From: Lama guanicoe
Taxonomy: Eukaryota
Assembly (NCBI GenBank): GCA_013239625.1
Contig: MU054220.1
Coordinates: forward strand, 5,158,587-5,222,586
Reading direction: 5' to 3'
Length of the DNA: 64,000 nt
Every line of letters begins with the position of its first letter. The stretch's first letter is position 1. Under the pieces are notes generated by a model. The model was given only the letters and a program-made list of their open reading frames with translations, was not told the origin of the DNA and made no database searches. Made by a program: the position numbers and the translations under genes. Below, piece after piece: positions 13,440 to 25,962 of this stretch.

Positions 13440-14970
13440 TCATTTCATGAGCCTGATCCATCAAACTTACTGAAGTTTTCTGAAACCTGTCATGCTATTT
13501 CACTTCTCCATGTTACCACACATACTGTGTTTTCTTCTCTGAATTCCCTTCCTCTCCCTCTGCCACCTCATCTGCCTTGAAAGCTCCTATTCATCCTTCA
13601 GAAACCTTGTGCTATCATCTTGTCCTTGATGGGACCACCACTGAACTTGTACACATCAAAATGCATGGTAACTAATCGGTTATGTGTCTGTCTTTCCTCT
13701 ATACTGTGGCTGTTGAAAGGGCTTGAACTATTACCTATATTCCTAGGACTTGGATGAACAAATCTCTATTGGTGAACAACTTTTATTGAATGTAAAATCT
13801 CATAGTGATATCATATATTCTCATTGTTTTAAATACTATGATATATTGGTGACAACCAAATTTATTTCTCCTCACACTTGAACTCCAGATTCACGTATTA
13901 ATCTGTTTACTTGACATCTACACTTGATATATCGAATAGACTTAGAAACTTAACATGTCCCAAACTTAACATTTCCTGCTAGGATGACCAACTGTCCTAG
14001 TTTGCCTGGAGTTGAAGAGTTTTGTGGGCTATGGGACTTTCAGTGCTAAACTCAGGAAAGTCTCATGTAAACCAGATGGTTGCACCCTAACTCCCCTTGG
14101 ATATAACTTCTGCTGTGCCATATTGTCTCCTCACAGCACCATTCATGGCCTTCTTTTATAGTCTTCTCATTCCTTAGCGTCATGTGGTCATATTTTTTAA
14201 AGAAGTGTATTGAGTACTTATTGCTTCCAATAACCAGTTAATAATACATGCATGCATATAAATACCTGTATATACTTAAACATATATACATATATATATA
14301 TATGCATATATACACATTTTTTAATGCATATGTACACCCTACCATTTTGCTTTTCTCCATTGTAAAACAGAGAAAAGGAGGTTGGTTAAACCAGAACCTC
14401 TATTGAGATACAATGAAACCTCATCAGAGCCAACTAACAGTATCATGGAATGGAAAATCTGGATGTTTCCCTAACATTTTGTTAAGGCAAATGCCATCTC
14501 TGGATGCTAGGGAGGTGGTATAGCACACAGAAACACTCACCATCCAGCTGGCAATATTTTCAGTCTTTCCCGTCTTGGTTGGCGGCAACTCAGTCCTTGC
14601 AGTTGCTCAGGCCAAAAACTTTCAAGTCATCCTTAACGCCTCTCTTTCTCTCACATCCCACATTCAATCCTCCAGTAAATCTTTTTGGTTCTACCTTCAA
14701 AATCTAGAGTTCAATCTGGTTATCCTATTTAAAACTGCAACCAGCAAACATCTCCACCCACCCCTTTCCCAATCTCCCTTACATGGCTCTATTTTTATTT
14801 CTTGTTGGAGCACTTACTACATGATTTACCCATTTATTATGTTTATTGCTTATTGTTTATCTCCCCAGAAATTTTTGGGGGGATCTTTTTTCTTCTCTGA
14901 TATATCTGAAGTGTCTAGAACACTATTTGTGGTACATACTGAGTGCTCAATGCATATTTATTGAATGAAT
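13440..14970. mobile_element. L2 LINE fragments, interrupted
   Basis: L2-like segments (cttgaactccagattcac; gttgctcaggccaaaaacttt) ending in an L2 tail, tattgaatgaat. Boundaries are approximate. Confidence 0.55.
13980..14090. mobile_element. hAT-type MITE (MER94-like)
   Basis: Terminal inverted repeats taggatgacc...gcacccta around an internal gggactttcagtgctaaac. Confidence 0.6.
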
Positions 14971-17399
14971 AGATAATTCATTCATAAGTTTTAAAGTCAG
15001 AATTGAGGTTACTTTTCTCCCTACTGTTTATTGAACACTTATTATTTTTCAGCCATTGTTCTAGGTGCATTTTATACACACACGCGCACGCGCACACACA
15101 CACACATACATATATATAATTTAATTCTCACTATAGTTCTCAGAGGTGGCTTTCATCTCACTTCATGGAGATTAATTAACAGGGATATTAAGTAGTGAAG
15201 CCAGGCTTTGAACCTCAGTCTGTATGCCTTCAGAACATGAATGTTCAACCACTGTCATGTTGCATAACACATAGGCCAGCTTGATCTGACTGTCTAATTC
15301 TAGGATTCTGCTTCAGTAAGTCATAGTATCTTATGTTGTTGCTTAAATCAACATGTTTTAATTAGGGAGGAGATGGTGTCACTTACAAGATCTGTCTTTG
15401 TGAGGCTCTGTGGTGGATGGGAACCAATTAAAATGCCATAGAGCAAACAGAATGCTTATTTGGAGTAAGTTTCTAACTTACTAAATAGTACTGCTAATGA
15501 AAAAAAAATCACATTTAACAATTTTCACAACAGTTTAAAGCCCACTGAGCACAATAAGACAAGAATTTAGCTATCTAGAGGGACAGCTTGAGCAGTGTGG
15601 TGGAAAAGGAAACCATTTAAAAATATGACCATTTAAAAAATTTAGTTTGTCTCTTCTTCTCTTTTCCCATAAAGTAATTAAAGTTCTTGACTTGTTTGAA
15701 AATGGCTCAGATTTAATTTCATTTTGTTAAGCACCTCAATTTTTCAGCTCAGGGAAAAAAGGCTATTAGCAATTTGCATTATCCATTACAACCTCCTTTA
15801 TAATATGAAATTTATATGGGAAATGCTAATTGAACGTTCATCATTGTAAAGATAATGATTTCTGTACTTTTGGTGGTGATAATTAAGATGAAAGATGAAA
15901 ATGATATGGGGTGAAAGTCAGATTTTTTTTCATTTTCCACTGGTTGGAGACTGGGGAAGGCATTCTGTTCTTTGCTTCAGATGGGTTGACAGTGGAGGGC
16001 AGAACCACAGGATCAAGGAAAAGTATGTAAATTGGATATGCCTCGATGTCCGGGAACTCCTCAATTACTTAATCCCAAGCAATTAATCCAGTACCAGATG
16101 AAAAAGGTGGGAAATGCTATGTCTCTCAAAGACAGATGTACCTGAAAATACCTCCTTTATTTCAGCTTGTTTCTTTATGGTTAAGGGCTCCCCCAATATG
16201 CTCTCTCATCAATCCATGTTCCTCCTTCTGTGATGGGAGTAGAGGGTTGAAAATGACTGCCGTTTTAAAGGTAAGAATGACTCTAGTAGGCTTTACATTG
16301 AGCATTTTTGCATCTCTTGGCTTGCTGATGTACTCAAGATTAACCTTTTAGAATTGACTCCTGGTGAAAAAGGTGTGGTCAGGGTGGAAAAGGAACCTCG
16401 TTTTATTTGCCCATCACATTCTTAAAATGGTTTTAAGTAAAGCAGAAGTCACTGCTTTTCTAAGTGTAGGGAATTGAATTAGGAGTTGAATTTATTGCAA
16501 CTCAAGAAAAATGACACAAGCATCCTTTTAAACAGAATTCCATTCATATACTTTTCAACTAAATTGACAGATATGTATTGGGCATCTACTATAGTCTAGG
16601 CATCGACCTTTCATAGATATTATTGTACTTATTGTAGGTATTATTCTTGCTGGATAATTATTTCTGTCTACAAAACTATGATTGATTAAAATTCATTTTA
16701 AAGGTGTACAGCCAAGTGTTGATCTTAGACCTAGTGGTATCACTTTGATTTCCTGAATTCTAGAAATAAATCATCAAGAGGAGACTCTGTACTTCTACTA
16801 ATTGTAAGATAAGCAGCCCCAAAGGGACAAATTAATAATCCTTTAGGCTCTTTGGCTCCACAGTGCAATTTGTTCTACGATTATTCATTCATTCATTCAT
16901 TCTTTGAAAGATATTTGCTGATTACCTTCCATGTATTTCAGGCACTGGAATAGGAAGCTGGTTTATGCTTAAAATTTAGTGAGAAGCACAACTCTTGAAA
17001 TTCTCAAAATTTTTTTGATCTACTAGGTCATTTTAAGTTGATACCATTTTAATGTACAGATTGTTTTAGATGCCACATATCATTAGGATGTAAGTACCTG
17101 TGTGACAGGCTTAGAAAAGTCTTGCCTTAAAAAAGGGAGTTTGGGAAGCTGTGATGGGTAGTTTTAAAACTCTTCAGCATTGAATACAGTGTTCCTTATA
17201 AGACAGCACATTGAATGAGACTGGTGGTTTTATTTAGCCCTGGATTGATTCAGACCAGGCATGAGCACCAAGAAATGGCAAAGGAGGCATGATGAAAATT
17301 CTTCACGTCGTTTGCCTTGCAGTAGATTTTTTAAAGGTCCTGTTTGTTGAATATGTGTTGTGTCTGCTACAGTGTTAAGTGCTTTACCTACATCAGTAG

Positions 17400-17880
17400 C
17401 CTTCTGTCTCTATGTGCTTCCTGTCACCATGTCCATTCTCCACACAGCAGCCAGAGACATCCTCCTGAAACATCATGTTGTTTCCTTGTTCTTGTCCCTG
17501 GTCACACTTAACATCCTGGTCCACGTGGCTCACTGTCTGACTTCATCTCCTACAACACTCTCCCTTGTTCTCTGTTCTCCAGCAACACTGGCCCCCCAGT
17601 CACCAAGCATGTTCCTATCTCAGGATGTTTGCATTTCATTTTCTTTTCCTGGAACACTGTTTCCCCAGATATTTGCAGGATTTATTCCTTCATTTTGTTC
17701 AAGTCTGTGCTTAAATGTTACCTCCTGTAAGATTCCTTTCCTTGAAACTCTAACTGCACTCCCTATCATTCTTCATTCTAAAACCTACTTTGCTTTATCT
17801 TTTTTTTTCCCGATACTTATCACTCTCTGACATTCTGTGACATACTTATTAGTTTATGTATTTGTTGTCTGTCTACTTTG
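17400..17880. mobile_element. L2 LINE fragment
   Basis: L2-like sequence: attctccacacagcagccagag...ttcctatctcagg...tcaagtctgtgcttaaatgttacctcct. Confidence 0.6.
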
Positions 17881-18428
17881 TTAGCACCTCCTACTTGGCA
17901 CTCAGTAAATATTGTAGATATTATTCTTGCCCACTTTATAGAAGAAGAGCCTGGGGGGGGTGAAGTTAAGTGATTTGATGATAGGTGGTGAATCTTGGGT
18001 TCAAACTCCAATCTGTCTGCAAAGCTGAAGCTCTTATCTTCTGTGCTAGGCCACTTCTTTTAACACTTCTCAAGGGCCAGAGCTGGGTTTTATGTTTTCT
18101 TGTGTTGGTAGGTCCACAGTATTTGTTGAATGGATTAATAACAATAGCATATATTTAGTGGGCAGTTATTATGTGTCATATATCCTTCTAGGCATTTTAT
18201 ATGTGTTATCTCACTTAATCAGGGTTCAGAGGAGATGGTGCTATTATTATCTCCAGTTTACAGACGACAAAACTGAGGCAAAGGCTGAGTAAGCTAAGTA
18301 TAAAGTCAGACATCTCTAAGAAGTGAGCTGGAATTCAGAGTCTGAGATGAAGGCCCTGTTCTCCTATCCACAAAGCTCAGTGTTTCTCAGCTTTCCTTCC
18401 ATTATCACCTCATTTAAAAACCTTTTTA

Positions 18429-18598
18429 ATTAATTAATTAATTTTATTAAAGTATAGTCAGTTTATAATGTGTGTCAATTTCTGGTGTACAGCATAATGT
18501 TTCAGTCATACATATACATATATATATTCATTTTCATATTCTTTTTCATTATAGGTTACTGAAAGATATTGAATATAGTTTCCTGTGCTATATGGAAT
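18429..18598 (-). mobile_element. Short L1 3'-end fragment with TSD
   Basis: L1 3'UTR end (aagtatagtcagtttataatg...tttctggtgtacagcat). TSD aaaa(a/g)ccttttta at 18416-18428 and 18599-18611. Confidence 0.8.
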
Positions 18599-19847
18599 AA
18601 AAGCCTTTTTAGATATTTTATTTTCTAATCATCTCACTCCTTATGAAATTGTAATGCCACAGCACTGTATATCTGTTCTATGTACTGTATGTCTATCTGT
18701 GCTTTATAGATAAAAAGAGTAAGATTGTTTACTTTCTCCTCAAGAAAAGTATTTATCCATATGATTTAGGCTGATCAAACCTTTGCTACCTTCCCTCATC
18801 CCTAGCAGAGGACCAGGCATGGAGTTCTATGATTAATTTCATGCACTGCATTGTTATCATTGGTTTATTTCTGTCTCTTCTTTATATACTGTGAATTCCT
18901 TGAAGGGCAGGGGCCATTTATGTTTCAGTCTCATATCCCTAGAATGAAGCACAGAGTAGGCTTAGTTAATGATTTTTGAGCTGTATCGTTCACTCTTTCT
19001 CAACAACCTGTTGGGCATGTGTCCTGTAGGCATTAATCCAAGCTGCAGGAGCAGAGCTGACTTTCTCACATGGCTCAGGTGAGTACTGCTCACTCTGTTC
19101 CAATCACAGGCCATTGCTTCCTCTGGATCATCTGGGGACAGCAGTGACGTGGGTGCTCAGGCATTAGCTGGCTGCAGGTTTCCTGGCAACAGAGGTGAGG
19201 TCAGCAGTCCTTGGAACACAATAGGCTTTTCAATATCCTGGAGTGCCTGAAGGACGCGCTCAAAGAAGATTCCGGTCGAGAGGTGAATGAAATCATATCT
19301 GCCTCCCCACAAGATGCTCCACGTTTGTGCTGAGATGAAGGAAGAGGCTAAGGGCTGCGATGAAGAAATAAATTTCTCCTTTTATCTTGGATTGCTTTAT
19401 TTTAGTTGACCTTCAACCCAGGTTTTTCTCTTTTTCCAATAGGCCATTTTTCAGGTTTTCCCTGAAGTAGGAGTTCCAGGTTTTTCCATTGTAGTTCTAG
19501 TCCTGATTTGGATGTACTTCTCATATGTGTGCTGATGCCTTCTCTTTGCCCCTCCAGTTCTCCTCCTCACCCTTCTCCATCCTGCTCTCTGCCTGGCAGG
19601 CACACAGTATGAACCACGCCAATGATCTCCCTTGCCCTCTGGTTTTACCAATGGGGGGCCCTAACAAGAAGTCAGAGGAAGGGAGGAGAGAGGTTGAGTA
19701 TTTCCCTTGCTTGTGGCCTTTTATGCTCAATCCCTATGGACTGACTGATCCTTTGACTGGGTTGCAGGTCCTTTCAGGGCGTCCCTTTGCATGTGATTCT
19801 CTGTGTTGGTGTTCTGGTAACGATTTCCTTTCTTGTCCCTTCAGGTC

Positions 19848-20460
19848 TGTAAGTATATATTAATCATGTTTTTTACTTACTGTATTAATGATACTTTGAC
19901 ATCTTGGGGCCCTGTGGATCCAAGGAGGGGACGAGATTGTCCCTTTCTGAATTAGCTAATTCTTAGAAGTAGTAAAAGTCTAGCCTGGAGCAGGTCCTTG
20001 ATAAGTAAACCAACCAATAAGGAGTTTTTACTCCCACCACCTTCTTTTGCAAGACAGAAGTACTGTAGTCAGAGACACTATGCCCCTGCCCTAAATCACC
20101 CCAGGAACAGGTACCAGACTTCTGTTTGGAAAACAGGAACCCACTTCTGTTTTCCAGAGCCCACCAACACTATTCAAACTAGTCAGTCCTGAACCTTCCA
20201 AGCCTGCTTACCTGGCCTCACCTATTCCTTCCTGAGGAAACCGCAATATATCTTGCCCACATTTTCCTCCTGCTCCTTCTTTCTCCTGACTGGCCCTGGT
20301 GCTTCCTCATGTGACTCCCCCTGCCCCTCCATGATATGGCAGACTTCTTCCTCTTGGAAACTGTGAGTAACAGACTATCGTTTCAGTGGCAGTCATTTCC
20401 TGGTCTGTTCCGCTCACCACACCTGACTAAAAACAAAATCCCAGGTACACTTTAGAATAC
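19848..20460 (+). mobile_element. ERV1-class solo LTR (MER39/MER34-like) nested in an older ERVL-like LTR (~19525-20583)
   Basis: Begins tgtaag; internal motifs tactttgacatcttggggcc, ccctaaatcaccccagg and actattcaaactag. The flank ends in ...gaccctgactgatgca, an LTR33/LTR16-like end. Confidence 0.6.
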
Positions 20461-20804
20461 GGCGGCTTCTTTAGTTTCCCTACACACTTCCCTCCCCTTT
20501 ATAAACAGTCCCTTTAGTAAACCTTCCTTTAATTATGTTATCTGATGTGCAGTCTTTCTCCTACTGTGACCCTGACTGATGCACTGTGCATGTTTTCTGG
20601 ACTTTAAAAGTCAGTGAAAGGCAGAAGGAAGAGATCCAGGTCCATGTAGCCAGGAGCTTATATTTTGATGTACGTGCACTCAACCCACTGTCCCTTTACT
20701 GACCCTGGCAAATAGTTGGTGCCTAGCACAATGCCTGGCACCCATTAGGTGTTCAGTAGGTACTTGAATTAATATCTTCTCTTCATGCCCTGCTCCATGT
20801 CACA

Positions 20805-20846
20805 CTGTCCTTGAATATATCACACCTGTCCTTGAATATATCACAC
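20805..20846. repeat. Perfect 21-bp tandem duplication
   Basis: ctgtccttgaatatatcacac occurs twice in direct succession. Confidence 0.95.
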
Positions 20847-22139
20847 CTGAGTACAACTCTAATTGGTCGTAATATTTTAGTGCAGGAAGAAATTTTGGAG
20901 ATAATCTGACTCTCCCTACTTGTTCCCCTAGTTTACAAATGGATAAATTTTAAGACGCAGAAGGAAATGGCCTCAGTTGGTGGTAGAGTTGAGACTGGAA
21001 TTCCACTTTCCTGATCAGTATTTTTTACTATTCAGTGATAGTAATTATACTAATACTCCCCAAATTTAATGCAGATAAGACTTGTGCTAGGCCCCATGTT
21101 AAACTACTCTCATATATTAACTTATTTAATCCTCACCCAGCCTTTTTAAATGCTTACTGGTATTAGCATTGTCTTACATATGAGGCATAGAGAGGTTAAG
21201 TACTAATTCAAGGACATCCAGCTAGTAAGTGGTAGACAAGAGTGCAAATCAGGCAGTCTGGCTCCAGAGTCTGTTATTAACTTTGCTGACCTATATACAC
21301 ATTTACATTATGTATCCTTTTCATTTGTCCAGTCTTTCTCTTTTATGCAAGAACTTGACACCAGGATCCTTTTTTTCATGCACATAGGGCTTAATAACTT
21401 AATCTATTACATGTAGACACCAGGTGCTCAGTTATCACTGACCAGTTGTTTGCATAAAATCCTCTGAACTTCTCTGTTGAACTCTTGGAGCCAGTCAGCA
21501 GTCAACCCTTATTTGGTGGCCCTTGTTTATCTGTTGTTACCCACCAGCCCTGAGTAACCTTCCCTGACTGAGTGGATGAAGACTCCTTGGAGAAGAGGGA
21601 AATCCAGTTATCTGATCAGAGCATAAACATTCCCCCTGCGCCGAGCTCTGCCTTGGAGTCAAATGTGAGCATAACTAGGAGGGTTTGTTTCTTCCTGCCA
21701 AAGAGGAAGACTGGCATTTTTACTTGCCTTGTATTACAAAATTTGTTGCAATAAGGCAATTTAATTAGCACAGCAGTTTGAGGTTTTAATAGTTACTGTA
21801 TTTAAGCAATTTCTTTGGCACTCCTGCTGTTTTATGAGGCTATCATTTGGCTCCCAAATGGAGAAACAATAAGGCCAAATACAGCAAAAAGAAAGGAGTG
21901 TTGTTCTGGAGGTTAAGCTCCTGCACAGCCCAAGGCAAGGTACCAGTGAAGCAGGGCAGTCATCTCTGCTGGCTTCCTCCAAGGACACTCTAATTGTTCA
22001 GTGTATTTCAGTGGGTTGCTTGCTAAGAATTATATTGCAGCCAAAGCTCAGAGAGGATAAGGGACTTGTTAGGAGTTGAATCCAGGTTGCTTTGTCTCCA
22101 TGTAACCAAACAAGGCACGAATGCCAGCAATGATGCAAA

Positions 22140-22560
22140 TGATCATTTAGTATCCATGTAGGAAAAGGTGATGTCTAGTTGTCCTAGAGCAGAGGATACA
22201 GGAACCATGTGGTGTCCATGCATGAAAGGTAGGACCCAATTTTCATGGTATAGAGAATGTGTTACCATACAGTGTTCATATGAGAAGAGGTGAGGTCCAG
22301 TGTTCTGGAGTAGAGAATGTGGGGCCATATGATGCTCATGCAGGAAAGGGTAGAGACCAGTTTTCCTGGAATAAAGGATGTGGGAACCATGTATTGTTTA
22401 TGTGGGAAAGAGTGGAGTCCAGTTCTTCTGGTGTGGAAGATGTGGAACCATAAACTGTCTAAATGGGAATAGGTGGAGTCCAGTTTTCTTGAGCAGAGAA
22501 AGTGGAGACCATTTAGTGTCTATGCAGGATAGATGGGAAACAGTTTTCCTGGAACAGATG
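22140..22560. repeat. Degenerate tandem repeat, 7 units of ~61 bp
   Basis: Anchor (c/t)cat recurs at 22143, 22205, 22265, 22325, 22387, 22448 and 22509. Approximate consensus GGAACCATGTAGTGTCCATGCAGGAAAGGTGGAGTCCAGTTTTCCTGGAGCAGAGAATGT. Confidence 0.9.
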
Positions 22561-23403
22561 ATACTTGTTTTAATGAACTGGGAATTAACATTTGGTGTGA
22601 GGAAGAGACTGGGAAGCTGGAGGTTTATGGTATCATATAGGTAACATTGTGTTTAGAATGGATGTAGTGTTTGTGGTTAAGATTGCAATCAGGGCAAGCA
22701 ACATAGTAATAAAAACTATCATTTTTTTGAGCCCCTGCTAAGAGTTAGGCACCATGTTTGGATAATCTTAAATAATCTTCACAACAGTGTATGAGGTAGG
22801 TACCATTGTTAAACTCATTTTATAGAGAGAACTGAGATTGATTAATTAATTCATTGAAACATTTACTAAACCTCTCTGGGCTGGCAGGATATAGCAGTAA
22901 ACAATAGAAACAAGTTACTTTCAAATAGTCATATGACAAATAAATGATGACGTGTATACTTCAGCCCATTTCTGTCTGATTCTGTTGTCTGTGTTGATTA
23001 GAACTGTTATTTATTAGCTATGTGACGTTAGAACAGAAATTTAACGTTATTGTTCATCAATTTCCTTACATGTAAACTAGGCATAATAATATCTAGCTTG
23101 TAATAGTAAAGTGAGGATGAAGTTACAACTTACAGTATCTTTCAAGTAATAGATGATAAAGGAATACTGGTTCCCTTCCTCCTCTGATGCTTTGAGGTTC
23201 TGGATATCATTGCTCCAATATTCTAGATGATATTGGATTTGACAAAATGCAGCTTCCACATCCCTAGCACTTCTCTGAGGTTCCACTTTATCCTCATTTT
23301 CCAACCAAGATATCCAGTGTCCTCAAACTTCGCTTCTCCATGAACTCCACAGATTCCACTGAATCTGTGAAAATGGTCTTTTTCCTTTTGGTAATTTCTG
23401 TTT

Positions 23404-23950
23404 TGTTAGGCAGATGTCTAAGATGGCCTCCAATGATCGCCACCTCTTGGTCCTCATTTTCTTCTATGATCGCCTTTCCTTGAGTGTGGGCTGGGTATAG
23501 TGATTTGTTTTAATCAATAGAATATGACAAAGGTGATGAGATGTCATTTTGGTGATTAAGTTACAAAAGATTGTGACTTTCATCTTGTTAGCAAACTCTC
23601 TACTGCCTTTTCATCTTGCCCGCTTTATGCTTCAGTGAAGCAAGCTGCTATGCTGGAGATGTTCACATGGCAAGGAACCAAGGGTGGCCTTTGGCTAACA
23701 GTCCTTGAAGAACTGAATCCTGCCAACTGCCACGTGACTGATTTTGGAAGCTGATCCTTCTCTAGTTGAACCTTGAGATTACCATAGCTCATTGGGCACT
23801 GACTGCAGCCTCTGAGAGACTGAAATGGAGGACCAGCTACACTGTGTCCAGATTCCTGAGCTACATAATCTTTGAGATAATCAGTATGTGTTGTCTTAGC
23901 CCCTAAGTTTTAGGAGTAATTTGTTATGCAGCAATAGTTAACAAATACAT
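23404..23950 (+). mobile_element. MaLR (MLT1-type) solo LTR
   Basis: tctaagatggcctccaatgatc...ggcaaggaac...taatttgttatgcagcaatag...taca. Confidence 0.8.
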
Positions 23951-24014
23951 GCACTTTTAAAACAGGGGACAAAAGCTATGTGTTAAAGGAGTCGATTTCT
24001 AATATTTAAATCTT

Positions 24015-24095
24015 AAAAAAATAGAGATATAATTGACTCATAACATTGTATAAGTTTAAGGTGTATGTACAATATATTTACTTGATACAGTTATA
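24015..24095 (-). mobile_element. ~80-bp L1 3'-end fragment with perfect 16-bp TSD
   Basis: gagatataattgactcataacattgtataagtttaaggtgta is flanked by ctaatatttaaatctt at 23999-24014 and 24096-24111. Confidence 0.85.
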
Positions 24096-25139
24096 CTAAT
24101 ATTTAAATCTTTAAGCATTAACTGGCCATATAGAAAAGTTGTTACTTTTTTGTTTTTTGTTCATATTTTGCTACTACGTGCTTTCAAAGAACCCATACAG
24201 TTTTACTCTGTACCTCAATTAAGTTTCCACATTCTAGAATCTAACTCTCTGCTTTTCTGATCCACTAACTTTTCTTTGAGTTAGGACTGATCAGCCTCTG
24301 TGAGGATGGTAAATATAACTAAAATGCATACATGACAGAGAAATCATATAATTTCAATTTACTGATATACATTAAGATGATATTCTTGATATTCATGATG
24401 GTCATAAAAGCAGTTCTTTCTTCTCCCCTATGGCTAAGTCACTTGGAAGCCACCTAATAATCAGATGGTCCATTCACTGATTCACTCACTTGGTAAATAT
24501 TTATTGAGCACTGAGCGAGGCATCGGGTGTACAATGGTGAACTGAGCAGACTGCATCTGAGCTCTTAGGGAGCTTATATTACAGGTTGCCTTGATACATT
24601 TGGAATTTAAGAACAAGGAAGTGATACGGTTTTACTAATAGTCCCACAGGTAAGCTAGGTTGAGGGACTGTTTCACGGTGAGTTTCCTTAACAGAGGAGC
24701 CGCAGTACTTTGACATCATTGGCCAAGGCTTCACCTCCTCTGTGTTGTACTTTCTGAACCTCCATATCCTTTTATGTTTTTGTGTGCACTTTCTTATCTT
24801 CTAAGTAAACTTTTGTATTTCTTTAGATACACTGTTATTGTCAGTGCCATAACTTGCATTCATTCATTTGAGAAATGTTCATTGAATACATACTAAGGTG
24901 CCATGCTGTTCTTAGTAGAGAGGGGTGTAGCAGTCAACAAGACAGATAATATCCTTCCTTTATGGAATTTACATTATAGTGGGTTAAATAGCTTTAAAGT
25001 GGTAATTTTGCCCAATTTTGCCCACAGACTTCTTGTATGAGTCAGGGTCTAGGTAGGAAAGGGACAGCACACTTAAGTTGGATTATTTGAGAAAAGTTTG
25101 GTGAAGGGACTATTAGCAGAAGTGTAGAAAGGTTTAGAT

Positions 25140-25349
25140 CAGTTGTCCTGAACCGAGGATGCTTTTGTCCTCTAGGGGACATTTGGAAATGTCTGAATAT
25201 GTTTTTTGGCTGTTACAGCTGGGAGGTAGGGTGCTACTGGCATCTAGTTGGCAGAGGCTGGGGATACTGCTAAACATCTTATAATGTACAGGACAGCCTT
25301 CCACAATTATCTGTCCTAATGTTAATAGTACTAAAGTTGACAACCACTG
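25140..25349. mobile_element. MER20-like hAT-Charlie MITE inside an ERVL-like LTR (~25035-25700)
   Basis: ggggacatttggaaatgtctg...tgctactggcatctagt...gctaaacatcttataatgtacaggacagcc...caaccactg. Confidence 0.8.
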
Positions 25350-25747
25350 TATTAAAGAAATCAGCAAGGGAAATTGTAGTACACTGAGGCTACCAACTGG
25401 TGATCCCTTAGCACTCTTAGGACTGGATGGGGGCAAATGGACAGAGGGGTTACCAGAATTGAGAGAGGACTGTTTGACAGGAGCTGTGACCTTCAGTAAA
25501 ACGGTAACAAATCTGGCAGAGAGAAAAAGCCAGAGTAGTAAATACTTTGACTTTACTCTCCTGCTAGTCTCTGATCTCTTGTTAGTTGATTCATCAAGGG
25601 AGCTTATTGATATAGTTTATTTAGGTTGACCTCACAGGGAATAGGACAGGATAGAGAAAGTTAGAGAATAGATCAGGAGGGGTGAGTGGAAGAAATCTAG
25701 CAGGATGCTCCATTTAAGTGCTTAAATTTAGATAATGCTTCTGTTAC

Positions 25748-25962
25748 TTTTTTTTTTGAAGTGATATTGAAAATGATAGTTTTTTTGAAGTATAGTCAGT
25801 TTACAATGTTGTGTTTATTTCTAGTGTACAGCATAGTATTTCAGTTATACATTTGTGTATATATATGTATACATATATTCCTTTTCATATTCTTTTCATT
25901 ATAGACTATTACAAGGTATTGAATACAGTTCTCTGTGCTATACAGTAGGACTTTGTTGTTTA
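25748..25962 (-). mobile_element. L1 3'-end fragment with double poly(A) tail
   Basis: L1 3'UTR end. TSD cttctgtta at 25738-25746 and 25963-25971. Two T runs at 25748-25757 and 25780-25786. Confidence 0.8.

Noticed and set aside
14960..14987. Inverted repeat tgaatgaat...attcattca
   Set aside because: It is explained by L2-tail (TGAA)n simple repeats in opposite orientations.
17360..17830. 156-aa hydrophobic ORF
   Set aside because: It lies in a pyrimidine-rich L2 remnant, has a non-ATG start and resembles no known protein.
22140..22560. CRISPR array or coding repeat
   Set aside because: The context is mammalian, whole units are homologous with no unique spacers, and unit lengths of 60-62 bp break the frame.
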